A stretch of DNA of 64,000 nt. Source: Diplonema japonicum (taxonomy: Eukaryota; Protista; Euglenozoa: Diplonemea). This document shows positions 47,201 through 56,239 of the stretch, piece after piece; position 1 is the first letter of the stretch, and every line of letters begins with the position of its first letter. The notes beneath the pieces were generated by a model. It saw only the letters and a list, made by a program, of their open reading frames with translations. It had not been told where the DNA came from and did no database searches. Where the stretch lies: NCBI GenBank assembly GCA_964019335.1, contig OZ025662.1:186001-250000 (forward strand), written 5' to 3'. The position numbers were made by a program, and so were the translations under genes.

Positions 47201-50200
47201 AGACTCCTACCTCTCTGTTTCTTCACCGACTTTTCTGCACTGATCCCCACCCTACTCGGGAGGATGTCCGTCAGGGACCTGCTGGGGCTGCTTGGGCTGG
47301 TCGAAACAAACCCTGGCCCACCCAAGAAGCTGCCGCCCCCGTCGCCTAAGGGTCTCAAGGTTGTCTCGTGGAACTGCAACGGCCTCGTTGCGAAATGGAC
47401 CGTCGTATCTCGCCATGCTGACTTCTTGTCGCTGGACATCATCATGATACAGGAGACGCACCTGAGGGAAGGGCACGACACGCCACACCTGCCTGGGTAC
47501 AGGTCATACAGGAGGGATCGGTTGACACCGGTGACTGACGGCACTGCGACGAGGGGTGGTGGTATTGTCACGTATGTCCGCGACGATCTTGCCTCGGAGG
47601 AGGTTCCGCACGTACTCCCGGCTGGGGACTGTGTCACTGAGAGACTGGATGTGAGGATCTCCTGCGAGAAGCGTGAGCCGATCACTCTCTCCAACGTTTA
47701 CCTTACACCGGTAAGCGCGAGCAGAGGCACGAGGGACCCTGAGTACCTGCGGCCTGGCAGCCTTCCCATGGGGAAGAACACAGTCATAGCGGGTGACTTC
47801 AATGCTCACCACAGCTCCTGGGACGCCACGGTGACGACGCCGAACGAGAGGGGGAACGTGGTCAGGGACTGGCTGGACACCCACGGGTACACCGTCTACA
47901 ACGACCGCAACGAACCGACGAGGGACTCGTCACGACACGTTCTGGACCTGGTTGTGGGGCGCTGCGCGAAGCTTGAGCCGAAGACGCTGGGCACGTGGGG
48001 CTCCGATCATAGTCCCGTATCCTTTCACCTGCCTCTTGAGGACGTCTACCGTTCGGAGCGCCCCTTCCCCACCTGGAATTTCAAAAAAGCCAGATGGGAT
48101 GACTACACTGCTGCTGTTGCCCGCCTGCTTGCTGGTGTTGACACGGCGGCTCCGATTGACTCTGTCACGAAGGGGTTTACACAAGCCCTTTTGACTGCGG
48201 CGAACGACCACATTCCCCTCTGTGGGATGCGACGTGGCCCGACCCCCTGGTGGACTGCTGAGCTCGAGGACGCCTTCGAAGAGCGGAACACCCTGCGCGA
48301 ACTCCTGCTTCAAGAGGCGGACGTGGTGGTGGAGGAGTACAGGGCGAAGGTGAAGGAAGTCAACCGACTCCTTGACGAGACGAAGCGTGAGGCATGGGGA
48401 AGGATGGCGGCCGACCTCAGCCGGAGCAAGGACCTCGGGGCTGCGTTCAGAGCGGTGAAGAAGCTGGACGGCAGGCACCGAAAGACACACCTTCCTGTAC
48501 TCGAGGGAAGATTTGTGTCGGACAAGGCGAAGGCCGACCGGCTGGGGGCGCACTTCGCTAAGCTCTACGGCAGGCGTGGTGACGGGAACTCGAAGGACGC
48601 CGCTCCTTCTGCAAGCAGACTCGGGTGTCAAGCGTTCACCGTGGACGACCTCACCCGCGGCCTGAGAAGGATGAAGACGCGCAGCGCGGCCGGGGAAGAC
48701 GGAATCTTCTCGGAGATGCTCCTACACCTGAACTCGGACTCCCTCGGTGTCCTCCTTCTACTCCTCAATCGCTCCTGGCTGATGGGTGTCGTCCCCGGTG
48801 CCTGGAAGAAGGGAGTGATCGTCCCGGTACCGAAACCTGGAAAAGATGCGACTCTCTTGGCTTCCTACCGGCCGATCTGCCTGACCAGCTGCCTCTGCAA
48901 GCTGCTGGAGAGGATGATCGAGGAGAGGCTCACGTTTCTTCTTGACGCGGACGGGACGGGAGTCGAGGGACTCCACGACAGCCAGGCTGGTTTCAGACGC
49001 GGCCGCTCCACGGAGGAGCAGGTGGCAACCCTCACTGAGTGCATGTCGAGGAACAAAGACGATCGACGTCTCTCGGCCGCTCTGCTGTTCGACTTCTCTT
49101 CTGCCTTCGACCTGGTGCCCCATGGTGCCCTGCTGGACAAGATGCGAGGGAAGGGTCTCCCCGAACCCTTCGTGGAGTGGACGCGGTCCTTTCTATGCGG
49201 CCGTACTGCTGCGGTCACGATTGGACGGTCGAGGGGGTCGACGACGAAGGTGCGACGGGGTGTCCCCCAGGGCTCTGTCTTGGGTCCCATCCTGTACACC
49301 ATCTACGTCGACGAACTCGCCAGGAGACTGGAGGGACTGGCGGACGTCTCGGTGCTCTACGCCGACGACGTGGCGGTTGTGATCTCCTCTGGACAAGGGG
49401 ACGTGGCTGGGCTGGAGCGGAAGGCGCAGGCAGTGGTGGATGCGGTTGAGGACTGGTGCAGGGAGCGTGACATGCTGCTGAGCACGTCCAAGACGCAGGC
49501 AGTCTGCGTCCCCCCCCAGAAACGTCTCGGGGTCTACTTCACTTCGTCACGAGTCCCCCTTCAGCCAGGTGCCTTCCAGAACCCACTCTTCGGCCTGGGG
49601 GTGAACGCCGATGGCACGATCTCCGGGGACCAGGAGCTGGCGGGCCTTCAGGTTGTGGAGGCGGGTGGTGTGCGGATCCGCTGCGTGCGGGACATGCATG
49701 CAGCCGTGCGACGGCCCGACGTGGACTACGTTGCGGCCCGTCCCCTGCCTCTGTCTGAACACGCGAGGTACCTTGGGGTTACGGTGGACTCTGGGCTCAC
49801 GTTCGGTGAACACGCACAGGACATCCTACGGCGGGCCAGCAAAAGGCTGAGGGTGCTGAAGCTCTTGTCCGGCACGTCCTGGGGCAGCAAGAGGGACACT
49901 CTGCGGTCTCTCTACGTTACGTACATCCTCCCGCTGCTGCGCTACTGCATGGGGGTCTACTACAGCAGGCTCGATGATGTCGGGAGGAAGGACCTGGCTG
50001 GGCTTCACCAGGAGGCGGCGGTGCTGATCACGGGCTGCTGGAGTGGCTCCGGAGGGTACAAGCTCCTAGCTGAGGCAGGACTGCTTCCCCTCGAAAGAAT
50101 GGCGGAGGGTGCTGCGGCGACGATGACGGCGAAGGCCTTCTGCTGGCAGTCTTCCCCGGTTCACAGGGAGACGGTCAAGCTGAAGCAGGCGAACAGGCTG

Positions 50201-52027
50201 GGGTGTGGGTGGCTGCGCTCTGGCTACCAAGCACTGCGTCGATGCGGGTTGGAACCAAAGGTGCACTTCGAGTACCTGTCGGCTACGCCCCTGGCGGCCC
50301 CGTGGCAGACAGGCATGGTCGACTTCAGGACTGACCTCCCCGGCGGGGTCACGCGATCGTCGCCAGACGCGGACAGGCGGAAGGCGGCCGAGGCTGCTCT
50401 TGCGGCTCTCCCCCCGGGCATCCATGCCTACACGGATGGCTCGGTTGTACAGGTCGGACAGAAGGCGAAAGGTGGCTCTGGGGTTTATCTGCAGCTGCCT
50501 CCCCCCCTGACCCCTGTGTCTGTGTGCCATGGCGTCAACGACTTCTGTTCATCTTTTCGGGCAGAGGGCATGGCTGTGAAAACGGCGCTGGATATGGTGG
50601 CTACCCTCCGAAAAACACACCCTTCGCTGGCGAAGTCCCCGCTGTCGATCTGCACCGACTCCCTCTCCCTCGTCGAGCAGCTGCGAGCTGGCCCAACGCG
50701 ACAGAGGGAGAAGCTCGACCACCAGACGTGGAGCCGGCTGGTGTCCGCGGCGCGCACGCAGGGGACACCGGTGGTCCTCCAGTTTGTGCCCTCCCACTGT
50801 GGGGTGGACGGGAACGAGAAGGCTGACGCTCTGGCCGGGGAGGGAACGAAGCGGAAGCAGGACAGGCCCTCCCTTGACTACCGATCAGTGAGGGCCCTGG
50901 TGCGACGGTGGGTGGTGCGGAGGTCCGCGGAGCTCATAACATCCCTCGCCCACAACTACGCGGTGGCGACCGAGCTTCGGTCTGCGCACTTCCCCCTTGG
51001 CTTCCCCAGACAAGCTGAAACGGTCATCTCGCGGCTGCGGATTGGTCACTCGGCTCTCTTCTTCGGCTTCCTGCAGACTGCTGGCCCGAACAGGAAGCAC
51101 AAGGGTGTGCTCCGGTGCCCAGCCTGCCACGCAGCACCGATGTCCAGGGAGCATGTTGTCGGTGGGTGCCCTGTGATCGGGAGGGGGGCGATCGACACTC
51201 CTGCTGGTACTCCCTCCCTAGCCTTCTCCCTGTCGAGACGCGTGACCCAGATCTACGACCTCATTGTTGAGTCTGGCCTGCTCGCCTGGTCACGCTCCGG
51301 ACTGTTCACCTCGCCATCATCCCTGGCGTCTACAGACGTCACTGCACCTTCAAACGTGCCGCCCCCTCCTCCGGTCTCTCTTGACGCCGGTCCCGCGGCC
51401 CCCGTGCTGCGCTAAGGGATCGCCCGCGTGTGTGTAAAGTGAAATGTTGTGTTTTCCACTTTCCTTTCCCTTCCTTTCCCTTCCTTCACCTTCCTCTCAC
51501 TGTTTCCCATTTCCCCTTTTTATTTTATTTTCACACTCACCAATGATTCGCTCAATAGGAGCAATACCTCCCTGGGGGGCTTTCCGCCGGAGGTTCCAGC
51601 CAAAGAAGGACATCCAGCTGGAAGGTAGGCCCCCGTTTTTCTCTCACTTGACTGAGGGAATAATGTAATTCAGCCCTCTTCGGCTGTCCCAAAGCAGAGC
51701 ACGGGTTGGTGGGGGACCAGGGCTCCTCCTGCTTGCAGAAGCCTGGTCCATTGCCCTCCCTATTTCCCCATGGTTTCCCTTCACCTTTTTTTCCCCTTTT
51801 CTCAGGTGTTGCTCTCCATGGCGGCCCTGCATTGGTATTTTGAAAAAAAAAAAAAAAAAAAGATTAAATTCATCGGCTCGGTGGTCTAGTGGCATGATTC
51901 TCGCTTAGGGTGCGAGAGGTCCCGGGTTCAATTCCCGGCCGAGCCCTTTTTTTACATCTTTCCACAGGTAAAAGGTGCCTTGGACGAATCTGAACGCACA
52001 CTCGTGCTCTACGAAACTGAAGCATGA
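44298..52027 (+). CDS. RPN9: 26S proteasome lid subunit RPN9/PSMD13; exons 44298-45095, 45198-45326, 45370-45463, 45498-45577, 51968-52027 (last exon inferred)
   Basis: 'FFEKKYWHELT', 'ALLGKTIHNFGELIHHPIL', 'RALALDLIRGHIDQVD..VTW'; GT-AG introns of 102, 43 and 34 nt; the inferred last exon gives 'WCKE|VKGALDESERTLVLYETEA*', 386 aa in total, a normal RPN9 size. Confidence 0.85.
46119..46171 (+). promoter_or_regulatory. Pol III type-2 A box and B box at the retroelement 5' end
   Basis: A box TGGTCTAGTTGG (46119-46130) and B box GGTTCAATTCT (46161-46171), starts 42 nt apart; tRNA-Pro has TGGTCTAGTGG and GGTTCAATTCC 43 nt apart. Confidence 0.75.
46256..47122 (+). CDS. Retroelement ORF1 (globular N-terminus, Pro/Thr-rich linker, coiled coil, basic patch)
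   Basis: First ATG at 46256 (frame open from 46157); coiled coil 'EVAALTELVATLKESIVGLQRTIDSQQEMISDLR'; 'WKGKGKGKK'. Confidence 0.7.
   Translation: MDHIGWKPSSVLRRTQTMFQGTRQLVFFIVVDSPPPKSRTWLLGGRLVCLRDADDHPTVKPPPLINRTTPASAPALATSSTPAPTSSHVPAPAPTTPVPDPAPVSASTPSETGPAVKATGLPPTSPWASIPSSVAPPQLDTVTSPTPPRNVSAGNKEGVPSGSPEVAALTELVATLKESIVGLQRTIDSQQEMISDLRTTLRLLLPQAATLTTGTAVPRDPTPGATTTHDSVWKGKGKGKKGAPPLATTSEAAVTNLGTRGRARSFAETKDLFTNGVKGRSASMGPSN
47264..51415 (+). CDS. Retroelement ORF2: 2A-like peptide, AP endonuclease, reverse transcriptase, RNase H, CCHC finger
   Basis: 'VETNPGP'; APE 'SWNCNG', 'IQET', 'GDFNAH', 'SDH'; RT 'YRPICL', 'QAGFR', 'GVPQGSVLGP', 'YADD', 'YLG'; RNase H 'YTDGS', 'TDSLS', 'PSHCGVDGNEKAD'; 'CPAC-x8-H-x4-C'. 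Confidence 0.96.
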   Translation: MSVRDLLGLLGLVETNPGPPKKLPPPSPKGLKVVSWNCNGLVAKWTVVSRHADFLSLDIIMIQETHLREGHDTPHLPGYRSYRRDRLTPVTDGTATRGGGIVTYVRDDLASEEVPHVLPAGDCVTERLDVRISCEKREPITLSNVYLTPVSASRGTRDPEYLRPGSLPMGKNTVIAGDFNAHHSSWDATVTTPNERGNVVRDWLDTHGYTVYNDRNEPTRDSSRHVLDLVVGRCAKLEPKTLGTWGSDHSPVSFHLPLEDVYRSERPFPTWNFKKARWDDYTAAVARLLAGVDTAAPIDSVTKGFTQALLTAANDHIPLCGMRRGPTPWWTAELEDAFEERNTLRELLLQEADVVVEEYRAKVKEVNRLLDETKREAWGRMAADLSRSKDLGAAFRAVKKLDGRHRKTHLPVLEGRFVSDKAKADRLGAHFAKLYGRRGDGNSKDAAPSASRLGCQAFTVDDLTRGLRRMKTRSAAGEDGIFSEMLLHLNSDSLGVLLLLLNRSWLMGVVPGAWKKGVIVPVPKPGKDATLLASYRPICLTSCLCKLLERMIEERLTFLLDADGTGVEGLHDSQAGFRRGRSTEEQVATLTECMSRNKDDRRLSAALLFDFSSAFDLVPHGALLDKMRGKGLPEPFVEWTRSFLCGRTAAVTIGRSRGSTTKVRRGVPQGSVLGPILYTIYVDELARRLEGLADVSVLYADDVAVVISSGQGDVAGLERKAQAVVDAVEDWCRERDMLLSTSKTQAVCVPPQKRLGVYFTSSRVPLQPGAFQNPLFGLGVNADGTISGDQELAGLQVVEAGGVRIRCVRDMHAAVRRPDVDYVAARPLPLSEHARYLGVTVDSGLTFGEHAQDILRRASKRLRVLKLLSGTSWGSKRDTLRSLYVTYILPLLRYCMGVYYSRLDDVGRKDLAGLHQEAAVLITGCWSGSGGYKLLAEAGLLPLERMAEGAAATMTAKAFCWQSSPVHRETVKLKQANRLGCGWLRSGYQALRRCGLEPKVHFEYLSATPLAAPWQTGMVDFRTDLPGGVTRSSPDADRRKAAEAALAALPPGIHAYTDGSVVQVGQKAKGGSGVYLQLPPPLTPVSVCHGVNDFCSSFRAEGMAVKTALDMVATLRKTHPSLAKSPLSICTDSLSLVEQLRAGPTRQREKLDHQTWSRLVSAARTQGTPVVLQFVPSHCGVDGNEKADALAGEGTKRKQDRPSLDYRSVRALVRRWVVRRSAELITSLAHNYAVATELRSAHFPLGFPRQAETVISRLRIGHSALFFGFLQTAGPNRKHKGVLRCPACHAAPMSREHVVGGCPVIGRGAIDTPAGTPSLAFSLSRRVTQIYDLIVESGLLAWSRSGLFTSPSSLASTDVTAPSNVPPPPPVSLDAGPAAPVLR
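51875..51946 (+). tRNA. tRNA-Pro, anticodon AGG
   Basis: 72-nt cloverleaf: acceptor stem GGCTCGG/CCGAGCC, anticodon arm CTCGC-TTAGGGT-GCGAG, T arm CCGGG-TTCAATT-CCCGG. Confidence 0.97.
51947..51953 (+). terminator. Pol III T-run terminator of tRNA-Pro
   Basis: T7 directly after the discriminator base. Confidence 0.8.
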
Positions 52028-52417
52028 ACACAGAGCAAAAGGTGGTTAGATTAGCACTTGTTGGCTTAGAGCGTTGCCATTTAAGAATAAAAATTAGAGT
52101 CACATCCCTGCCCCTCTAACCGTAACAGTGTTCTTTACTTTCTCCCCTTAATCCACACACCTTACTCGACTAGCTTTCCAAGCACCCCTTTTACCATTCC
52201 TACACAGTAACAAAGAAAGAAAGAAAAAGAGAAAAAAAAAGTGTAACCATAACCGGGGAACAGGGGAGGGTGGGTGTTATTTATTATGGGAGGGCAGGGG
52301 ATGTTCATTATTCATTATTATATTCCCTTCCTTTTTAAAAAATCTTATTCCTTTTCTCCCTGTTTCCCTCCCAACGCAACAAACTTCATGACAGTTTAAT
52401 CTATTGCCCTTCAGAAA

Positions 52418-53302
52418 ATGTCGACTGAACCCACTACTACCCAGACGACCCCGTTCCCCGAAGCGGGAGGACAGACAAAAGACGAGAAAATGTCTAAAGC
52501 GAGAGATGCGCACAAACAAGGAGATATTGAAGCAAGCAGACAAGCCCACTCCGTGGCTGTTCACAGTGAGGAACATGGAAGCGGTGCCAGCGACTATGTG
52601 AAAAGCGTCGTGTTCGGTGGTTTAGACGGGATCATCACAACCTTCGCAGTGGTGGCAGCCGCACAAGGTGCAAGCGATGGGTTTGAAGGAGATTGTGAAG
52701 GCGGTAATCAGATGACTGTTGCGAAAACAGTGTTAATTCTTGGATTTGCAAACCTTTTTGCGGATGGGTTCAGTATGGGGTTCGGAGAGTTTTTATCTAG
52801 CCGAGCTGAGATCGACCACGCAAAAGGTGAACGCAAGCGAGAGGAGTGGGAGGTTGAGAACGCAGAAGACATGGAAAAGAAAGAGATGGTCGACTTATAC
52901 GTCGAAAAAGGCTTCACAGCAGAAGATGCCAACCAGCTAGTCGAAATAATTTCCAAAGATAAGAAAATATTCGTAGACGTGATGATGATCGAGGAGCTTG
53001 GACTGAATGTCGATCTCGACGATGAATGGGGTCCGGTCAAATCTGCTATCGTCATGTTCTTCTCTTTCCTCGTCTTCGGCATGGTGCCCCTCTTCGTCTA
53101 CCTCCCACAGAAAGACGGTACGACTGTCTTCATCATCGCTTGTTGCGTCACTGGCGCCACTCTCTTCCTCCTCGGTGCTGTTCGTGGCTACCTCACCAGC
53201 CAACATTGGGCCAAATGCGGCCTTTTCATGCTTCTCAATGGTGCCCTTGCCGCCAGCATCTCGTATCTCGTCGGCTACGTTGTGAACACCATCGTTAACT
53301 AA
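52418..53302 (+). CDS. VIT1: VIT1/CCC1 vacuolar iron/manganese transporter
   Basis: 'KSVVFGGLDGIITTFAVV', 'ANLFADGFSMGFGEFLSSRAE', 'MMIEELG'. Confidence 0.92.
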   Translation: MSTEPTTTQTTPFPEAGGQTKDEKMSKARDAHKQGDIEASRQAHSVAVHSEEHGSGASDYVKSVVFGGLDGIITTFAVVAAAQGASDGFEGDCEGGNQMTVAKTVLILGFANLFADGFSMGFGEFLSSRAEIDHAKGERKREEWEVENAEDMEKKEMVDLYVEKGFTAEDANQLVEIISKDKKIFVDVMMIEELGLNVDLDDEWGPVKSAIVMFFSFLVFGMVPLFVYLPQKDGTTVFIIACCVTGATLFLLGAVRGYLTSQHWAKCGLFMLLNGALAASISYLVGYVVNTIVN

Positions 53303-54242
53303 AAAGAAAAAGAATAAAAACAAAAATCTATTTTTCGCTTTTTTTTACCCCCCGCTTTTCCACTCCCTTTCCATTTTCCATGTTTTTTTTTTTTCAGTTA
53401 GCCGTACAAGCTTCGCTTTTACACAGAAGTGTCACAAGGCAATGAGAAAAGATGTAATGGTAGGGTGGAGGGGAAGGGGAAGGGTAGAAAAAGGCCTGGA
53501 ACACGAAACTTCTAGATTTTCAAGATGATCAAAACCGCTTCTTTTGTTCTTTTTTCTTTTTTTTTTTTTTTGGTGCGTTTCTTATCTTTTTTTTTCCTTT
53601 TTTTTTTTTTTACCAAGAATCCGTCATGAATTTGACGCACTTGCTGTTCACCTGGCAAAGGAAAGAAATGAGGGAAAAGAGGTGAAATCTTATCGAAGTC
53701 TAAACAAAAAGTGTATGGTACCGATACTCCAGGGAATGGACTACAAGGACCGCTGCATTATTAGGGACTGAAATGGAATTCACTCCTCTTCTTCATTCTT
53801 TTCACTTGTCGCGGGATAACAAAAAAAAGTACTTCCTTTTTCCTCAGCGAGAAGGTGCTGGTTTTGGGGCCACATTAACACGATCCTGTGATACAAGATC
53901 CCCGCTCCGGTTCGCGTTCATCGAACGCTCCTTCTTTACTTTGGTTTGAGTAGTTTTGGTGCTGGATCTATCCTCTGCAGCCTCGTTTCCCCCTCTCTTT
54001 CTTTTCTTCTTTTTTTTTCTTTCTCCCTCTTCCTTGTTTTAGTTCATCCTGATGCTTTTTTTTCCTCACTTGTTTTATCTATCGGCTATCGGATGGCAAA
54101 CCTTTGACATCTGTTTCCTGCCTCTCCGCTTCTTTCCCTTTCCTTTTTTTTTATTTTTCTGCTTTTTACCCCCGTCGGATGTTGCATTCTAAGAAAACAA
54201 AAACAAAACAAAAAAACTCACACAAACAGGTGCTGGCCAATA

Positions 54243-56009
54243 ATGTCTGCTCTCCTGGCCTTGTTTGCAGTGCTTCCAATGACCCAACTGGAACACTGCA
54301 AGGACAAGGTATGCTGGGAAGTCAACGAAAATGGTTGGCCGGTGTGTGGGGAGACGATACCGCGCGGGAACAACTTGACGTGGACCGTGCAATGCTACAA
54401 AGAAGGCGACATATTGGACATACAATGCCTGGACCAGCACCCCAACGACTGCTGGTGCGTGGACAACACAGGTACCCAGAAAGAATGTGACAACGAACTC
54501 ACATGCGAAAACAAAAAAGTGTGGTGGACAGAGGTGTACAGAAAGTACGAGAAAGTGGCATTTCTCAGCAGGAACATCAACACGGTTCTATTCAAATATG
54601 CATACATCCCACAATGCAGGCCTGACGAGACATACAGACCTATACAATGCTCGTCAAATCGGGAGAATTGTTGGTGCGTCGATACGGAAACGAGCCAACC
54701 GGTGTCCTGCAGCGAGGTTTCCATGAAAAAAGACTGCCCCACCACCCACGGTGTGCATCGGCATCACGAAATCGTTGCCTACAAGGACACGTGCCAGATA
54801 TGTCAATGTCTTGGTGGTTCTATGACATGCCGTGCTCTTCCATCTTGCGTGCCGCTTGCGCTTCGATACGACTGCACGTGGAACAGCACTACCCAAAAAC
54901 CCTTCACACGCGAGCACCAAGAATGGTGCTGCGAGTACAAAGGGATCCGATGCCCTCCCGAACAGAAGTACGCGAGAGAAATTAAAAAACGCTGCCTTCA
55001 AACGAAACGGGGGCTCCGCCAGAACGAAGAGTTCTGCTGTAACATGGGCGTCGACTGTGAAGCACAGGAATTCACGTGTAAAGAAGATACAGTGATGGAC
55101 CCTACGTCCAGCGACTGGTGCTGCACAGAGGACAACATAGGATGCTTGATACAGTGCGACAGTGAAAGACTCACTGTAGAGGAGAAACAGTGGTGCTGCG
55201 ATAAGAAAGGAGTCCTCTGTGGAAGCATGCCTGCAAAGACGATCTCAACACCGGTAAAGCGTATCCTACTGGCGTTCAATTGCTACGAGCTGCTGGAGAA
55301 CCCAAGAAAAGTGATGCGAAAAATGCGGGTTTCTCTCTTAAGAGCAGATTCCAGGCTAATCGATACCCCTTCTGACCTACAGATCCTAAACATGGGATGC
55401 TTGAAGTACGGCTTGAACGTACCAGGGTACCATGAGAACGCGTGGCGTGTGCCGATCGATCCGAGTTGGAATGTAGACAATACTGAGACGTTGATGATGT
55501 TGGGGTTGACGGTCAATCCAAATGCAATCAGAACAGCACCTGTTCCCCATCCGAGTGATGATGGTATATTTGTGGATTATAGTATCACGGGAAAGAGCCG
55601 GGTGGAGTCCAAGCTCGACTCGATTGAGACCGCGTTGCACAGTCTGGTAGCTTCGTCAAGCGGTGTCTACGCAAACAACTGTGAAGGATACTGTTACAAC
55701 TTAGTACCGTTGGGTTCTGCGGCAGATGTGCATGAAGACATGTTAAACGGGCACGACTCGTCGGATGATGGTGCTGGAAACCGACTTTCCCTCGCGGCTC
55801 TGTTCGGGATATGCATAGGTGCCCTATTTGTGGCCAGCTCGCTTCTCGCCTTGGTTACTCTTTATTCAAAATACAACCCTACTACCCCTTCTGAAGCTTC
55901 GTCTGTTCCGGCCACTCCCACTCCCAAATTTCCAGACCACGAAAACCGCTCACTGACTATGGAGCTGCTGCCTGACGCTGATGCTGAACCCAGTCTCACG
56001 AAATGCTAA
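54243..56009 (+). CDS. Cys-rich type I membrane protein with thyroglobulin type-1-like repeats
   Basis: Signal peptide; two 'QC...CWCVD' motifs; repeated 'WCC...G..C'; single C-terminal TM 'LAALFGICIGALFVASSLLALVTLY'. Confidence 0.72.
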   Translation: MSALLALFAVLPMTQLEHCKDKVCWEVNENGWPVCGETIPRGNNLTWTVQCYKEGDILDIQCLDQHPNDCWCVDNTGTQKECDNELTCENKKVWWTEVYRKYEKVAFLSRNINTVLFKYAYIPQCRPDETYRPIQCSSNRENCWCVDTETSQPVSCSEVSMKKDCPTTHGVHRHHEIVAYKDTCQICQCLGGSMTCRALPSCVPLALRYDCTWNSTTQKPFTREHQEWCCEYKGIRCPPEQKYAREIKKRCLQTKRGLRQNEEFCCNMGVDCEAQEFTCKEDTVMDPTSSDWCCTEDNIGCLIQCDSERLTVEEKQWCCDKKGVLCGSMPAKTISTPVKRILLAFNCYELLENPRKVMRKMRVSLLRADSRLIDTPSDLQILNMGCLKYGLNVPGYHENAWRVPIDPSWNVDNTETLMMLGLTVNPNAIRTAPVPHPSDDGIFVDYSITGKSRVESKLDSIETALHSLVASSSGVYANNCEGYCYNLVPLGSAADVHEDMLNGHDSSDDGAGNRLSLAALFGICIGALFVASSLLALVTLYSKYNPTTPSEASSVPATPTPKFPDHENRSLTMELLPDADAEPSLTKC

Positions 56010-56239
56010 GCGTCCCCCACAGTTATTTGTCGTTTTCTCTTTTTCTTTTTCTTTTTTTCTTTTTTTCTTGTTATGTTTCGTTTCTGCATTGGTTCTTCTT
56101 GTTTTTTTTTTTTTTGTTTTTTTTTTTTTTTTTTTTTTTTTATGCCCCTCTTTTTTTTTTTATTTTTATTTTGTTTCCAAATAATGGTTTTGTCACCTAA
56201 TACAATTTTGCCGAGCAAAAAAATAAAAATAACTATTTA

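Larger units (their letters stand above)
46108..51861 (+). mobile_element. Full-length non-LTR retrotransposon (I-group/Ingi-like; APE-RT-RNaseH) inserted just upstream of tRNA-Pro
   Basis: Perfect TSD GATTAAATTCA at 46097-46107 and 51862-51872; poly(A)19 at 51843-51861; GC-rich; two intact ORFs. Confidence 0.95.
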
